Source: an uncultured Alphaproteobacteria bacterium (GTDB lineage Bacteria; Pseudomonadota; Alphaproteobacteria; Rhizobiales; Xanthobacteraceae). Taken from it: a stretch of 64,000 bases of DNA. Location of the stretch: positions 43,131 through 107,130 of the forward strand of contig CAWHKU010000004.1 of assembly GCA_963830125.1 (NCBI GenBank). The letters run 5' to 3'. Shown here piece after piece: positions 63,967 through 64,000 of this stretch. The translations under genes and the position numbers were made by a program. Position 1 is the stretch's first letter. Every line of letters starts with the position of its first letter. The notes below the pieces were generated by a model. That model made no database searches. It saw nothing but the letters and a program-made list of their open reading frames with translations, and had not been told where the DNA came from.

Positions 63967-64000
63967 GATCTTGTTGAGGATTTCAGTGCGGCGCGTGCAG

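Overview
GC-rich alphaproteobacterial chromosome segment (Hyphomicrobiales, Nitrobacteraceae/Xanthobacteraceae-like gene order; the taxon is an inference). It is mostly core housekeeping: gshB-yraN-rsmI-lpoA-like, hemW-rdgB-rph/hrcA-grpE, dnaK-dnaJ-pmtA-pyrF-dapB, ada, nth, pheST-rplT-rpmI-infC, queG-fzlA-uppP, tRNA-Leu, rnd-lptCAB-rpoN-hpf-ptsN, a small HSP, tRNA-Ala, aroA-cmk and cysDN. Many genes, including essential ones, carry single-base indels. These are best read as long-read consensus errors rather than pseudogenes, so the coordinates of frameshifted genes are approximate. No CRISPR array, prophage or intact transposase was seen. The best candidate for an undescribed system is a three-gene cassette between grpE and dnaK: an EfeO/imelysin-like periplasmic metal-binding protein, an atypical di-heme cytochrome c peroxidase-like protein lacking the bridging Trp, and an OprB-family porin, each transcription unit preceded by an AT-rich operator-like motif. 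Other oddities are a probable CysN-DUF2061 membrane-domain fusion, an internal LID-region duplication in cmk, a short HPF, gpmI where gpmA usually lies, a sigma32 plus ROSE-thermometer sHSP leader, a structured rpmI leader and an apparent GANTC-methylation base-calling footprint.
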